In this document: positions 33,682 through 43,221 of the stretch, in pieces | Layout of the letters: every line of letters begins with the position of its first letter | Position numbering within the stretch: the first letter of the stretch is position 1 | Assembly: GCA_040755755.1 (NCBI GenBank) | Contig: JBFLZW010000072.1 | Span: 12,574 to 76,573 of the forward strand | Length of the DNA stretch: 64,000 bases | Source of the DNA: a bacterium | Lineage (GTDB): Bacteria > SZUA-182 > DTGQ01 | Reading direction: 5' to 3' | Notes under the pieces: generated by a model | The model's database searches: none | What the model was told of the DNA's origin: nothing | The model's input: the letters and a program-made list of their open reading frames with translations, nothing else | Made by a program: the position numbers and the translations under genes

Positions 33682-36597
33682 CTATCGTTTGAAAAAAAAG
33701 GTTATAACAGCGGCCAGTACCCCAAAAAAGGTAACGATGGTCGATAAAGCTATGATCATGGCGAAAAATGTTTTAATGTATAAAAAGCCGACCAGGGTGG
33801 CGACGATGATTGTCAGGGTTATGGTAATCCAGGTAATATAACTGCTGATATCCCCGCTATGGATTTCACTCGCCCTTTTACACATGCGCAAAAACCGTGA
33901 TTGAGCAAAATCGTTTCCTCCCAGTTGGATTTTCGACAAATCTTCAGAGCCGATAATATCAAAGAGCGCTCGCTCGATGAACCTGTCATACCAGACCTCA
34001 ACGATATTAAAATACTTCCAGAGCCCGGCCTTGAATTCATCGCGTCTGGTTAACATGCCCCAGAAAAAGCGGCTGAAAATAACCCGGTCATACGCTCCAC
34101 TCAACTGGCCATCCGCTCTGGTGGCGTTATCGAAAATGCTGCGCTTGTCCGCTGCCAGGTCAAAAGAGTCTGAAAATTTTTCATCAGCATGTGAAATTCT
34201 GTCAAACAGCCTTCTCTCGGCAACAGCCCTGGCCTTATCAAAAACCATATCGTACATCGCATCTACCCGGGAAAAATGACCAAACATACGCCTGGTCCGG
34301 GCAGTCCGGTCGATAACCTGGGTATAGCTCTCATCGACCTGGGAAATGTGGCCGAATATTCCCTTGGCCCGAACGGTCTGATCAACGGACCGGGCATAGT
34401 GCTCGTCAACATGGGAAATCAGCCGGAACATGCCTTTTTCAGCATGCTGAACCGGATCAGGCACAATCAGTTCCCGTTTGATTCCCGGAATCCACAGATA
34501 CACCATCAGCACGGAAATAATTTTCTCGGCCACCCCGACAACTCTCTGGTAGGTTACCCGGCACACAGTGCGAAAGCCGGTAAATGCTTTCTGGTAATAG
34601 GGAGTCAATCCCCAGGCAGGCGACAGGACTTTTTCGGAAAGCCCGGAAGCCAGAAAGATGAGGAAAATCGTTCCTCCAGCCAAAATAGCCGTGCTGCCGC
34701 CGGAAAGGTTGTGAATTGCCTCCGTACTGGCCAGCAGGGTCCGGTGAACCGGATCATACCACAGCGGCAGGGTGGAGTGGGGCAGAGCGGCAGCATGGAT
34801 ATTATAGATCAGATGATAGGCATGAGAATGGGCGTCAAATCCAAAGTAGGGCAGCATGGGACCGATACAATGCTCCAGCAGCCAGTTGGGAAACAATCCA
34901 AAGAGCACAATACCTGCTGAAAAAAGAAGCAGTGAGATATTCATGCCCAGAGGCGAGGGAGAAGAAACCGGTTTACTCGTCGCCTCCTTTTTCGGTCCCA
35001 GAAAGACCATGCTGAAAAGTTTCATGGTATAGGCGAAGGTGCCGCCAGCCGTAATGATGAAAATGATTTCAGCTATCCGAAGCCCGAAATCGGGAGTGTG
35101 TGTGGGGGAGAAATGGACCGAGTGCTGATAGGCCTCCAGGATGGCATGGTGCAGCATGGTCTTGCTGGCAAAACCGTTCAGCAAAGGGAAGCCGGCAATA
35201 GCCAGGACACTGATCAGCAGCGTCAGGGCGGCAATCGGCAAATCCCGCCACAATCCGCCGAGTTTTCGGATATCAAGCTCCCTGGTGTGAAAGTAGACCG
35301 CTCCGACGCTCAGGAATAAGCCCACCTTGAACAGGGCGTGATTGACGATATGGTAGAGGGCTCCTGCAAGGCCCATCGCCCCGCTCCTGCCCATATAGGC
35401 AGCGCAGCCGATGCCCATGACAATGTAGCCCATCTGACTGACACTGGAATAGGCTAAAAGCCGCAGCGCCTGGGTGGAAAGCAGGGCATTGACAGCCCCC
35501 AGCAGCATGGTCATGATCCCCACAAAGATCAGCACATAGCCTAATTGCGCACAGGTCATCCAGGCCGCGGAGTTTTCCAGGTGGCTGGAAGGAGCAAAAA
35601 TCAGGTTGACGGTCCGGAATATCCCATAAGCGCCAACCTCGATCATGACCCCCGACGAGAGGGCAGCGGTGAGGCAGGGGGCTGAACCATAGGATGAAGG
35701 CATCCAGATATGCTCAAGAAAGACACCGGCTTTGCCGCCAAATCCTATGAGAAAGAGCGCGGCCACCCCATACTTGAGAGCCGGATATGCCATCCGGTCA
35801 AGGGCACCCGCCGCACTCTGCATGTCAACCGTACCGGCAAAATACGAGAACAGGAAAATTCCGAACAGCAGCAAAAGGCCGGTAAATACCCCAAAGTAAA
35901 GATAAACCCTGGCAGACTGCAGGGCTTCCTCATCCTCGCGATGAATAACCATCAGGTAGAGAAAGAGAAGGATCGATTCATAAAATATGTATAGAGTAAA
36001 GAGGTCCCCGGCCAGGAAAGCCCCCAGGGTTACACTCAGGCAGCACAGATTGGCGAAATTGTACCGCAGGCGGTGCTGCTCAACGGCTAAATACCCCTGC
36101 GAGAACATGGCAACCAAAAACCATACCAGGCAGGTAAAAACCGCCAGCGTAAAGGCCGCAGGATCGACCCTGAAGGTCAAATTCAGTGAGAACGAGGGCA
36201 AAAAGGGAAGAGCATAGTAGATTCCCTGGCGCAGAGCGCCTGCAAACCTTTGCCCCTGGATCACCGGCGAGTACATCAGCAGGGAAGTGGCCAGGGTCAG
36301 ACCGCTGAACAGGGTGACAATGATCCCCTGCCCCTGACTGTCCCGCAGCCACAGGAGCATCAGAGCCCCGATCAGGGGGATGAGGATAACCACCAGCGGG
36401 AGGGGGGAAGGAATGGACGTTTCCGGAGCCACTCTTTGGGTGACTTCCCCTGCTGCATGAGAACTATGCTCCGCGGGCTGTGAGGCCCAAACTTCAGACA
36501 CCAGGGAGGGAGGAGAAAAAGCAGGGGAAGGAAGAGAACAAAAAAGGAAAAATACCAAAACCACGCCGACGCCGACCGATGCTGTTATCTTGTTCAT
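33682..36597 (-). CDS. NuoL/MrpA-like proton-antiporter subunit with a long repeat-containing C-terminal extension
   Basis: 971 aa with Proton_antipo_M core motifs (FGGKAGVFLEHIWMPSSY, SSGVMIEVGAYGI, LAYSSVSQMGYIV, HIVNHALFKVGLFL). About 260 hydrophilic residues with ~24-aa tandem repeats follow, then two terminal TM helices. Confidence 0.75.
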   Translation of the reverse strand: MNKITASVGVGVVLVFFLFCSLPSPAFSPPSLVSEVWASQPAEHSSHAAGEVTQRVAPETSIPSPLPLVVILIPLIGALMLLWLRDSQGQGIIVTLFSGLTLATSLLMYSPVIQGQRFAGALRQGIYYALPFLPSFSLNLTFRVDPAAFTLAVFTCLVWFLVAMFSQGYLAVEQHRLRYNFANLCCLSVTLGAFLAGDLFTLYIFYESILLFLYLMVIHREDEEALQSARVYLYFGVFTGLLLLFGIFLFSYFAGTVDMQSAAGALDRMAYPALKYGVAALFLIGFGGKAGVFLEHIWMPSSYGSAPCLTAALSSGVMIEVGAYGIFRTVNLIFAPSSHLENSAAWMTCAQLGYVLIFVGIMTMLLGAVNALLSTQALRLLAYSSVSQMGYIVMGIGCAAYMGRSGAMGLAGALYHIVNHALFKVGLFLSVGAVYFHTRELDIRKLGGLWRDLPIAALTLLISVLAIAGFPLLNGFASKTMLHHAILEAYQHSVHFSPTHTPDFGLRIAEIIFIITAGGTFAYTMKLFSMVFLGPKKEATSKPVSSPSPLGMNISLLLFSAGIVLFGLFPNWLLEHCIGPMLPYFGFDAHSHAYHLIYNIHAAALPHSTLPLWYDPVHRTLLASTEAIHNLSGGSTAILAGGTIFLIFLASGLSEKVLSPAWGLTPYYQKAFTGFRTVCRVTYQRVVGVAEKIISVLMVYLWIPGIKRELIVPDPVQHAEKGMFRLISHVDEHYARSVDQTVRAKGIFGHISQVDESYTQVIDRTARTRRMFGHFSRVDAMYDMVFDKARAVAERRLFDRISHADEKFSDSFDLAADKRSIFDNATRADGQLSGAYDRVIFSRFFWGMLTRRDEFKAGLWKYFNIVEVWYDRFIERALFDIIGSEDLSKIQLGGNDFAQSRFLRMCKRASEIHSGDISSYITWITITLTIIVATLVGFLYIKTFFAMIIALSTIVTFFGVLAAVITFFFKR

Positions 36598-36638
36598 GGC
36601 ACAACTCTTCTCTCTGATGCTGAAAAAATCTCATACTG

Positions 36639-38153
36639 CTAATGAAAATAAAATTGGCTGATCCGCTGGGCCAGAGCCAGCGGGAAGCCAGGGAAAATCC
36701 CGAAAATCACCGTTCCCAGAGCCAGCAGGAAGACCGGAATCATCATCACCGGCCTGGGGTCCTGCCGATTCGCTCCCCTGTTACCCTCCTCCTGGATTCC
36801 AAACCAGGCGTTATAGACAATCGGGCCATAGTAGATCAGGTTCATGAAGCTGCTGACAATCAGGGTGCCGACGGCCAGAATGCCCACCCCCAGATTATAG
36901 GAGCCCACCTTGACCGCATCCAGTGCTCCGGCAGCCAGAAACCACTTGCTGATAAACCCGTTGAAGGGCGGAAGGCCGATCATCGACAGTGCTGCTGCCG
37001 TAAAGCAGGCGGTTACCAGCGGCATGCTCCTTCCGATTCCTTTCAGATCATTCAGACACCCTTTGCCGGTCTGATGGATAAATGCACCAGCGCACAAAAA
37101 CAGGGCGGCTTTAATGATCGCATGATTGAAAATGTGCAGAATCCCGGCGGTCAGCCCCAGAGGAGAAAGCAGGGTCAGGCCGAGAATGATGTAGCCGATT
37201 TGCGATACACTGGAGTAACCCAGAAGCCTTTTGATATCTTTTTGATTAATGGCCGCCGCAGAGCCGATGAAAATGGACACCAGAGCCATTCCCAGCAGGA
37301 TAGGCACCAGAACACCTGTCCGCAGGGATTCAAGACCGATGATACTGTAGATGGTCCGGATAATCCCGTAAGCCCCGGCCTTGATCATGACACCGGACGA
37401 GAGGGCCACAGCGCAGGTCGGAGTCTCGGGATAAGCCGAAGGCATCCAGAAATGCAGGGGAAAGATGCCTGCCTTCACCCCAAAGCCGAGGATGTAGCCC
37501 CAGAAAATCAGCGGCAGCCATTTACTTCCCTTTAATCCAAGGCCCACCACGGCAAGGTCGATCGAGCCGGTCAGGGAGCAGGTCAGTAAAATGGACATCA
37601 GGAGGATGAGCCCTCCGCAGATTCCCATGAAGATATAGATAACGCCCCCCCGCATGGCCGCCGGGGTCTGTTCGTGAAGCACCAGCACCAGCGAGGCTAC
37701 GCTCAGAAGCTCAAAGAAGACATACAGGCTGAACAGGTCCCCGGTAAAGACCACGCCAAGCATGCCCACCAGGGTGAGGAGCGAAAAAACATCATACCGG
37801 ATCCGGGCATGTTTTTTCCGCATGAATTCAATGGCAAAAAAGCTGGACAGCATCCAGACCCCCACTGCGATAAGCCCGATGAAGAATCCCAGGGCATCGA
37901 CTCTGAACGAGAAAACCAGCGGGGGAAATCCTCCTTGAGGAGGGGTGAACATGGCAAAGGTCCTGGTGATGACCTTTCCCGCCCTGATGTCCGGGTACAT
38001 GGCGGCAACGGTCAGAAAGGTCAGGAGCGTGGTGAGCGCGGTAAACAGGTTGACCTTTTCCGGAAATCGCCGGTTGATCCGCAGAATCACGGCAATTCCG
38101 AGAAGGGGAATGGATAATGCTAACAAGGGTAACATGCTGCTCATCTGGTTCAT
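36639..38153 (-). CDS. mrpD: MrpD/NuoN-like antiporter subunit (paralog 3)
   Basis: 504 aa with FFELLSVASLVLVLH, GVKAGIFPLHFWMPSAY and LGYSSVSQIGYII. It is a close paralog of 41594-43153. Confidence 0.8.
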   Translation of the reverse strand: MNQMSSMLPLLALSIPLLGIAVILRINRRFPEKVNLFTALTTLLTFLTVAAMYPDIRAGKVITRTFAMFTPPQGGFPPLVFSFRVDALGFFIGLIAVGVWMLSSFFAIEFMRKKHARIRYDVFSLLTLVGMLGVVFTGDLFSLYVFFELLSVASLVLVLHEQTPAAMRGGVIYIFMGICGGLILLMSILLTCSLTGSIDLAVVGLGLKGSKWLPLIFWGYILGFGVKAGIFPLHFWMPSAYPETPTCAVALSSGVMIKAGAYGIIRTIYSIIGLESLRTGVLVPILLGMALVSIFIGSAAAINQKDIKRLLGYSSVSQIGYIILGLTLLSPLGLTAGILHIFNHAIIKAALFLCAGAFIHQTGKGCLNDLKGIGRSMPLVTACFTAAALSMIGLPPFNGFISKWFLAAGALDAVKVGSYNLGVGILAVGTLIVSSFMNLIYYGPIVYNAWFGIQEEGNRGANRQDPRPVMMIPVFLLALGTVIFGIFPGFPLALAQRISQFYFH

Positions 38154-38162
38154 AGGTCTCTC

Positions 38163-39941
38163 TTACACAACATTCATCAGATTGTGAATCCTTCTTACTA
38201 CATCCTCCGGCACAAAGGGATGGGTGATATAGTCATTCGCTCCCATCTGGAACCCTCGTTCAATCTCGGACCGCTGGGCAGAGGCCGAGAGGATGATTAC
38301 CGGAATGTTCCGGGTTTTCTCGTTTATCTTGATGATCTGGCATAAATCATAGCCGCTTAGTTTTGGAAGACTGATATCGAGCAGTATCAAATCCACAGGG
38401 TCCTGGAAGATCTTTTCCAGGGCTTCGATTCCGTCACCGGCAGTGGCGATTTTCCAATTTTGCCTGCTGATGCAGGTTATGATCAAATCCCGGATAACCG
38501 GATTATCGTCAACCACCAAGATATGACGCTTCCTGGCATCCTGCTGTCTGTCTGGGGCATCCTCAGCCGTCAGGCTGTTGCAGGGCATCTTTTTATCCGA
38601 AGGCTCTACTCTGGTCCCGGCGGCCTCAGTCAAGGCTCTTCCGGCTCTGGGCAAGGTGAAGGAAAAGGTGCTGCCCTCTCCCTTCCTGCTCTTGACCCAC
38701 ATCCGTCCATGATGCAGGTCCACGATATTTCTGGCAATGCACAGCCCCAGTCCGGTCCCTCCGTGTTCACGGGTAGCCGAATTGTCTACCTGGTAAAATT
38801 TATCGAAAATCTTATGGATTTCCTCTTCGTCCAGGCCGATGCCCGTATCACTGACATTGATCTGCACAAAGTCCTGAGCAGGCCAGTTTTCACCCTGTGC
38901 CCCTTCCTCAACTTCGGGAAAAGCTTCCAGGACGACCTCTCCCCGGGCCGGAGTAAATTTCATGGCATTGCTCAAAAGGTTGGTGAGTACCTGGGAAACT
39001 TTCTGCTTATCTGCATAAACCTGGGGAAGCCCATCCGGGATACGGGTTGTGAAGCGGATTCCCTTTTTCTCGAACAGAGGCCGCATGGAATCGATGGTGA
39101 CTCCTGCCATTCTGGCAAAATCCGAAACCTCCTGCCGGATTTCATATTTGTCCAGCTCGATCCGGGACAGATCGAGCAGGTCACTGATCAGACTATTCAA
39201 GTGATCCGCCCGCTCATCGGCGATAGTCAGCCCCTTGAGCTGCTGCTCATTGACCGGCCCCAGCCGCTGGTTTTTAATTAACGAGATATATCCCTTGATT
39301 ACTGTAAGCGGCGTTCGCAGCTCATGCGACACGATTGAGAGAAAATCCGATTTTATGGCATTCAGCCTTTCCAGTTTCGCATTGGCTTCACACAATACCC
39401 GGTCCCGCCTTTCCAGTTCCTGATTAACCCTCTCGATTTCAACCCGCCGGTCCTGCAAAGATGCAGCCATGCGGTTAAACGCTCCGGCCAGCTCTCCGAT
39501 CTCGTCATGGCTGCTGATGGCAATCCGCTCATTCAACTGCCCCTGGCCGATCGATTCCGCCTTTTTGGCCAGAGAAATGACCGGATCGGCAAATCTGTTC
39601 GCCAAAAATAACGATACGCCCAAGGTGGCGATAAAACTCAGCATCGTACCTGCAAAGAGGATGACTCTATCCCGTGCAGCTATCCTGTTTAACCGGTCCG
39701 TGCTTCGGATAACCTCCCGGTCCTTCGGACTGGAAGGGTCCAGCTTACCGCTCATTTCCCGAAGCTCATAACTAACCCGCAGCAGGGAAACATAGGCAAA
39801 GGTTCCCACCGTGATCGTACAAAAGATGACCACCAGAAACCCGATCATCAATTTCTGAGTAATCGAAAGATTCGTTATTCCTGAAAACATAAAAAATACC
39901 AGCGACCACAGAGGAAGGATGGTAACAACCATCACCCCCAC
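38163..39941 (-). CDS. Hybrid sensor histidine kinase / response regulator (TM-HAMP-HisKA-HATPase-REC)
   Basis: 592 aa with HAMP (DEIGELAGAFNRMAASL), the H-box FLSIVSHELRTPL, the G-box GGTGLGLCIARNIV and a REC domain (ILVVDDNP..DLILLDISLP). The start is GTG at 39941 or ATG at 39932. Confidence 0.85.
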   Translation of the reverse strand: MGVMVVTILPLWSLVFFMFSGITNLSITQKLMIGFLVVIFCTITVGTFAYVSLLRVSYELREMSGKLDPSSPKDREVIRSTDRLNRIAARDRVILFAGTMLSFIATLGVSLFLANRFADPVISLAKKAESIGQGQLNERIAISSHDEIGELAGAFNRMAASLQDRRVEIERVNQELERRDRVLCEANAKLERLNAIKSDFLSIVSHELRTPLTVIKGYISLIKNQRLGPVNEQQLKGLTIADERADHLNSLISDLLDLSRIELDKYEIRQEVSDFARMAGVTIDSMRPLFEKKGIRFTTRIPDGLPQVYADKQKVSQVLTNLLSNAMKFTPARGEVVLEAFPEVEEGAQGENWPAQDFVQINVSDTGIGLDEEEIHKIFDKFYQVDNSATREHGGTGLGLCIARNIVDLHHGRMWVKSRKGEGSTFSFTLPRAGRALTEAAGTRVEPSDKKMPCNSLTAEDAPDRQQDARKRHILVVDDNPVIRDLIITCISRQNWKIATAGDGIEALEKIFQDPVDLILLDISLPKLSGYDLCQIIKINEKTRNIPVIILSASAQRSEIERGFQMGANDYITHPFVPEDVVRRIHNLMNVV

Positions 39942-40056
39942 CCAGCCTCCCCTGCCACAGGGTCTCCCTGCCTCAAGGGCAGTGTCATTGCCTTCGTGCT
40001 ACTAACCCCAAGTCCCTCACCCCAACCCTCTCTCCAAAGGGACGAGGGAGAAAAAC

Positions 40057-40190
40057 GCTCTGCCTTTTCTCTGTGTTTCTCTGTGCCTCTGTGTCTCTGT
40101 GGTGTCCTTTGCCTTTGTCTTTGTATTTGTCTTTGACTTTGCCTTGGTGTTGGTATTTGCCTTAATCTTGGTCTTTGCCTTCGTCTTTTT
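40057..40190. repeat. CACAGAG-octamer core plus ~14 units of hexamer microsatellite (TTTGNN plus-strand / NNCAAA minus-strand)
   Basis: Plus strand: ctctgccttttctctgtgtttctctgtgcctctgtgtctctgtggtgtccttt gcc tttgtc tttgta tttgtc tttgac tttgcc ttggtg ttggta tttgcc ttaatc ttggtc tttgcc ttcgtc. The core matches 16801-16840. Confidence 0.85.
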
Positions 40191-40192
40191 CC

Positions 40193-41185
40193 TTACCCGT
40201 CCAGGGTGACCGGAGAGTCGGTCGCCTCATTTTTGGCCGTTGATTGAGTCTTTCGCCGGTCCTTCTGGTAATTGCTCCCCTCAATCCTCTTGACGTGCTT
40301 CTTTAATTCCGCTGCCTTCTCAGCAACCTGGAGATGATGAATAAACTGGTTGTTTTCATTCGTAATAACCACAATCGAAATAGTCATCAGCGGGAATTTT
40401 TTAACCTCTCCCCTTCGATCCTCGCTGATCAGGTATCCTCTGGTTACATCCTCCTCGTTATACTGGATCGGAATGAGACTGTCGAAGATTCTGATAATTT
40501 CCTGGCAGATCTGATCCGCTTTATCAGGAGTGGTCAGGACCACAAAATCGTCGCCGCCGATATGGCCGGTAAAGTCCTGGGGGTTGCCAAAGCGCCTTAC
40601 GCTGTCTGAAATCGTGTGCGCGCAAAATTTGATGATCCTGTTTCCAGCCGCATACCCGTAATTGTCATTATAGACCTTGAAGTTATCGAGATCGATGAAC
40701 AGGGCTGCAAAGCTTCTCTGCTCATCAATGGCCCGCTGGATTTCCTTCTCGATGGGAACATTGCCCGGCAGATGCGTCAGGGGATTCGCATAGAGATCGC
40801 GCCTCATTTTCCGGAGCAGGGCCTTGATTCTGGCCTCCAGCTCTACCGGGTCGAAGGGCTTGACCAGGTAATCGTCAGCCCCGATATTCAGCCCTTCAAC
40901 TTTATCGTTTATGGTCTGTTTGGCTGTCAGCATGATTACCGGAACATGGGCGGTTTTGGTACTTTCCTTCAGTGCCTTGCACACTTCCATGCCTGACTTT
41001 TCCGGCAGCATAACGTCAAGCACCACAACGTCAGGATCATAGGCATTAACCTTTTCCAGGGCCTCGACGCCTGTTCGGGCCTCTGAGATACGGTAAGCGC
41101 GGGAATTCAAACTCAGCCGGATAATATCCCGCGTATCCGGATCATCATCGACAATCAATATCTTGGTCTGCTCGGACGAGTTCAT
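40193..41185 (-). CDS. Response regulator with a GGDEF-family output domain (variant GGDDF motif)
   Basis: 330 aa with REC (ILIVDDDPD..DVVVLDVMLP..KP) plus a GGDEF-type domain (NDNYGYAAGNRII..GHIGGDDFVVL). Confidence 0.8.
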   Translation of the reverse strand: MNSSEQTKILIVDDDPDTRDIIRLSLNSRAYRISEARTGVEALEKVNAYDPDVVVLDVMLPEKSGMEVCKALKESTKTAHVPVIMLTAKQTINDKVEGLNIGADDYLVKPFDPVELEARIKALLRKMRRDLYANPLTHLPGNVPIEKEIQRAIDEQRSFAALFIDLDNFKVYNDNYGYAAGNRIIKFCAHTISDSVRRFGNPQDFTGHIGGDDFVVLTTPDKADQICQEIIRIFDSLIPIQYNEEDVTRGYLISEDRRGEVKKFPLMTISIVVITNENNQFIHHLQVAEKAAELKKHVKRIEGSNYQKDRRKTQSTAKNEATDSPVTLDG

Positions 41186-41201
41186 TCTCCTTCTCCTTGC
41201 G

Positions 41202-41573
41202 TCATTTTGACTCCCCCCGTAAAGTGCTGCTTTTTTTATTTTTCAACCTGTCCAGGTAGGTGATAAATCCAAAAGCCCAAAGAGCGATCCCCAGAGTCAG
41301 CTTGTAAAAAAACCGTAAAAATCCTATCTCATTGACCTCATGATATCCGGGAACAAATACTTTTGCGGCAGAATCAAAATACCCGCTTAAAATCTGTCCC
41401 TGCTCCATGAGATAGAGGGAAAGAGCCAAGAAAATGAAAAGTAAGGTCAATGGCTTGATAAGCCGATGTTTCTCCCTTTGATGGAGGAAGAAAAAATACG
41501 ACACCATAAGAACCACCATGGCGATTAATCCAACCCAATACAATTTATAGAGCAGGGGAATGTTACCAGACAT
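41202..41573 (-). CDS. Small 3-TM membrane protein, unknown function
   Basis: The ORF is trimmed to the ATG at 41573 (MSGNIPLLYKLYW...), 18 nt after the upstream mrpD stop. The track start at 41708 overlaps mrpD. Confidence 0.45.
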   Translation of the reverse strand: MSGNIPLLYKLYWVGLIAMVVLMVSYFFFLHQREKHRLIKPLTLLFIFLALSLYLMEQGQILSGYFDSAAKVFVPGYHEVNEIGFLRFFYKLTLGIALWAFGFITYLDRLKNKKSSTLRGESK

Positions 41574-41593
41574 CCAATAAAACTCCTTCCTGA

Positions 41594-43153
41594 TTACGGG
41601 AAGAATATACGGCTGATCTGCCAGGCAATGCGCAGCGGTATGCCCGGCGCAATGCCAAAGACCAGAACAGCAGTGGTTAATAGTAAGATCGGCGTCAGCA
41701 TGACCCAATTGGGATCTTCGCTTTTATGCTCTTTCGAGCCTGGATTGGCTGAAGCGGCATGAGCGTGATCCGCCACGGCAGCATGGCTGCCGGCAGGCTG
41801 GTGGGCTGCATCGTGCTCCTCTCTTGGCTGCATCCAGGCACCGATGACTACCGGACCGTAGTAAACCAGGTTCAGCAGACTGCTGAGCAGCAGGGTCAGG
41901 AGGGCGATCAAGCCCAATCCCGGCCAGTAATTACCCATTTTCATCATATCCAGCGCTCCCAGGGCCAAAAACCACTTGCTGATGAACCCGATAAACGGCG
42001 GCAGCCCGATCATCGACAGGGCGCAGATGCTGAAAGCCAGGGTAATCCACGGCATTCTCCGTCCAATTCCCTTCAGGTCCTCCAGGTTCCGCAGACCGGT
42101 TTTATAAATAAATGCCCCGGCGCACATGAACAGTGTCCCTTTCATCAGGGCATGGCCAAAGATATGGACCATGCCGCCGACAATGCCCCGCGGAGCCAGC
42201 AGGCAAAATCCCATGATGATATACCCGATCTGCGAAATACTGGAATAAGCCAGCATCTTCTTGATTTCCGTCTGGGTGATGGCGCAGGCTGACCCCAGAA
42301 AGATAGTCACCAGACTGATAATCAGCATCGGCAGCAACAGGCCCATGTGATCCTTGACAATGTCCTGATAGCCGATGATATTGTAAATGGTCTTGAAAAT
42401 TCCATACGCTCCGGCCTTGATCATAACGCCCGAAAGAAGTGCACTGGCTCCGGAGGGGGCTACCGGGTGGGCTGACGGGAGCCAGATATGGAGAGGAAAC
42501 ATACCGGCTTTGACTCCGAAACCGATGATGTAGCCCCAGAATATCCAGGGCAGCCATTTGCTCCCCTGCAGCCCGAGGCCGATCAGGGTAAGGTCTCCGG
42601 TTCCGGTAATGTAATAGGTCATGACAATGGAAAAGAGGAGCACCAGTCCTCCGGCGATTCCCAGGAACAGATACTTGAATCCCGCTTTCATGGCCTCAGG
42701 GGTTTCCTCGTGAAAGACGAGAATGGCCGAGGCCACACTCAACAGTTCGAAAAATATGTAGAGCGTGAAAAGGTTTCCGGTAAAGACCACGCCCATCATT
42801 CCGCTGAGTGAGAGAAGAGAGAAGATGTTGAACCGGGCATGTGCATGGGAATGATGCATATATTCGATGCTGTAAATTGAAGACAGGGTCCAGAGGACAA
42901 CGGAAATGAGGCCGACGAAAAGACCGGGCAGATCGGCCCGGAAAACGAAATTGAAGCCCAGCCCCGTATCCAGGGTAAGGTCAAGGATATTCCCGTCGAC
43001 AATCGCCGGATACATGGCGAGAATAAGGAGCATGGTGACTCCGCTGACAATAGCCGTATAATGATACAGCCGGTGCTTCTGGACAAAGGGGCGAAAGATC
43101 ATGGCAATGAGAGGGAACATAACCACTAACAGGGGAAGATAGCTTTTAATCAT
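41594..43153 (-). CDS. mrpD: MrpD/NuoN-like antiporter subunit (paralog 2)
   Basis: 519 aa with FFELLSVASAILVFH, GVKAGMFPLHIWLPSAH and LAYSSISQIGYII. Confidence 0.8.
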   Translation of the reverse strand: MIKSYLPLLVVMFPLIAMIFRPFVQKHRLYHYTAIVSGVTMLLILAMYPAIVDGNILDLTLDTGLGFNFVFRADLPGLFVGLISVVLWTLSSIYSIEYMHHSHAHARFNIFSLLSLSGMMGVVFTGNLFTLYIFFELLSVASAILVFHEETPEAMKAGFKYLFLGIAGGLVLLFSIVMTYYITGTGDLTLIGLGLQGSKWLPWIFWGYIIGFGVKAGMFPLHIWLPSAHPVAPSGASALLSGVMIKAGAYGIFKTIYNIIGYQDIVKDHMGLLLPMLIISLVTIFLGSACAITQTEIKKMLAYSSISQIGYIIMGFCLLAPRGIVGGMVHIFGHALMKGTLFMCAGAFIYKTGLRNLEDLKGIGRRMPWITLAFSICALSMIGLPPFIGFISKWFLALGALDMMKMGNYWPGLGLIALLTLLLSSLLNLVYYGPVVIGAWMQPREEHDAAHQPAGSHAAVADHAHAASANPGSKEHKSEDPNWVMLTPILLLTTAVLVFGIAPGIPLRIAWQISRIFFP

Positions 43154-43221
43154 AATCGTTGTCTCCTTGAGCTACCGAAAATGCGCCAATAGTAAAAGCC
43201 AGGGGGGCAGCTTCACCTCTT

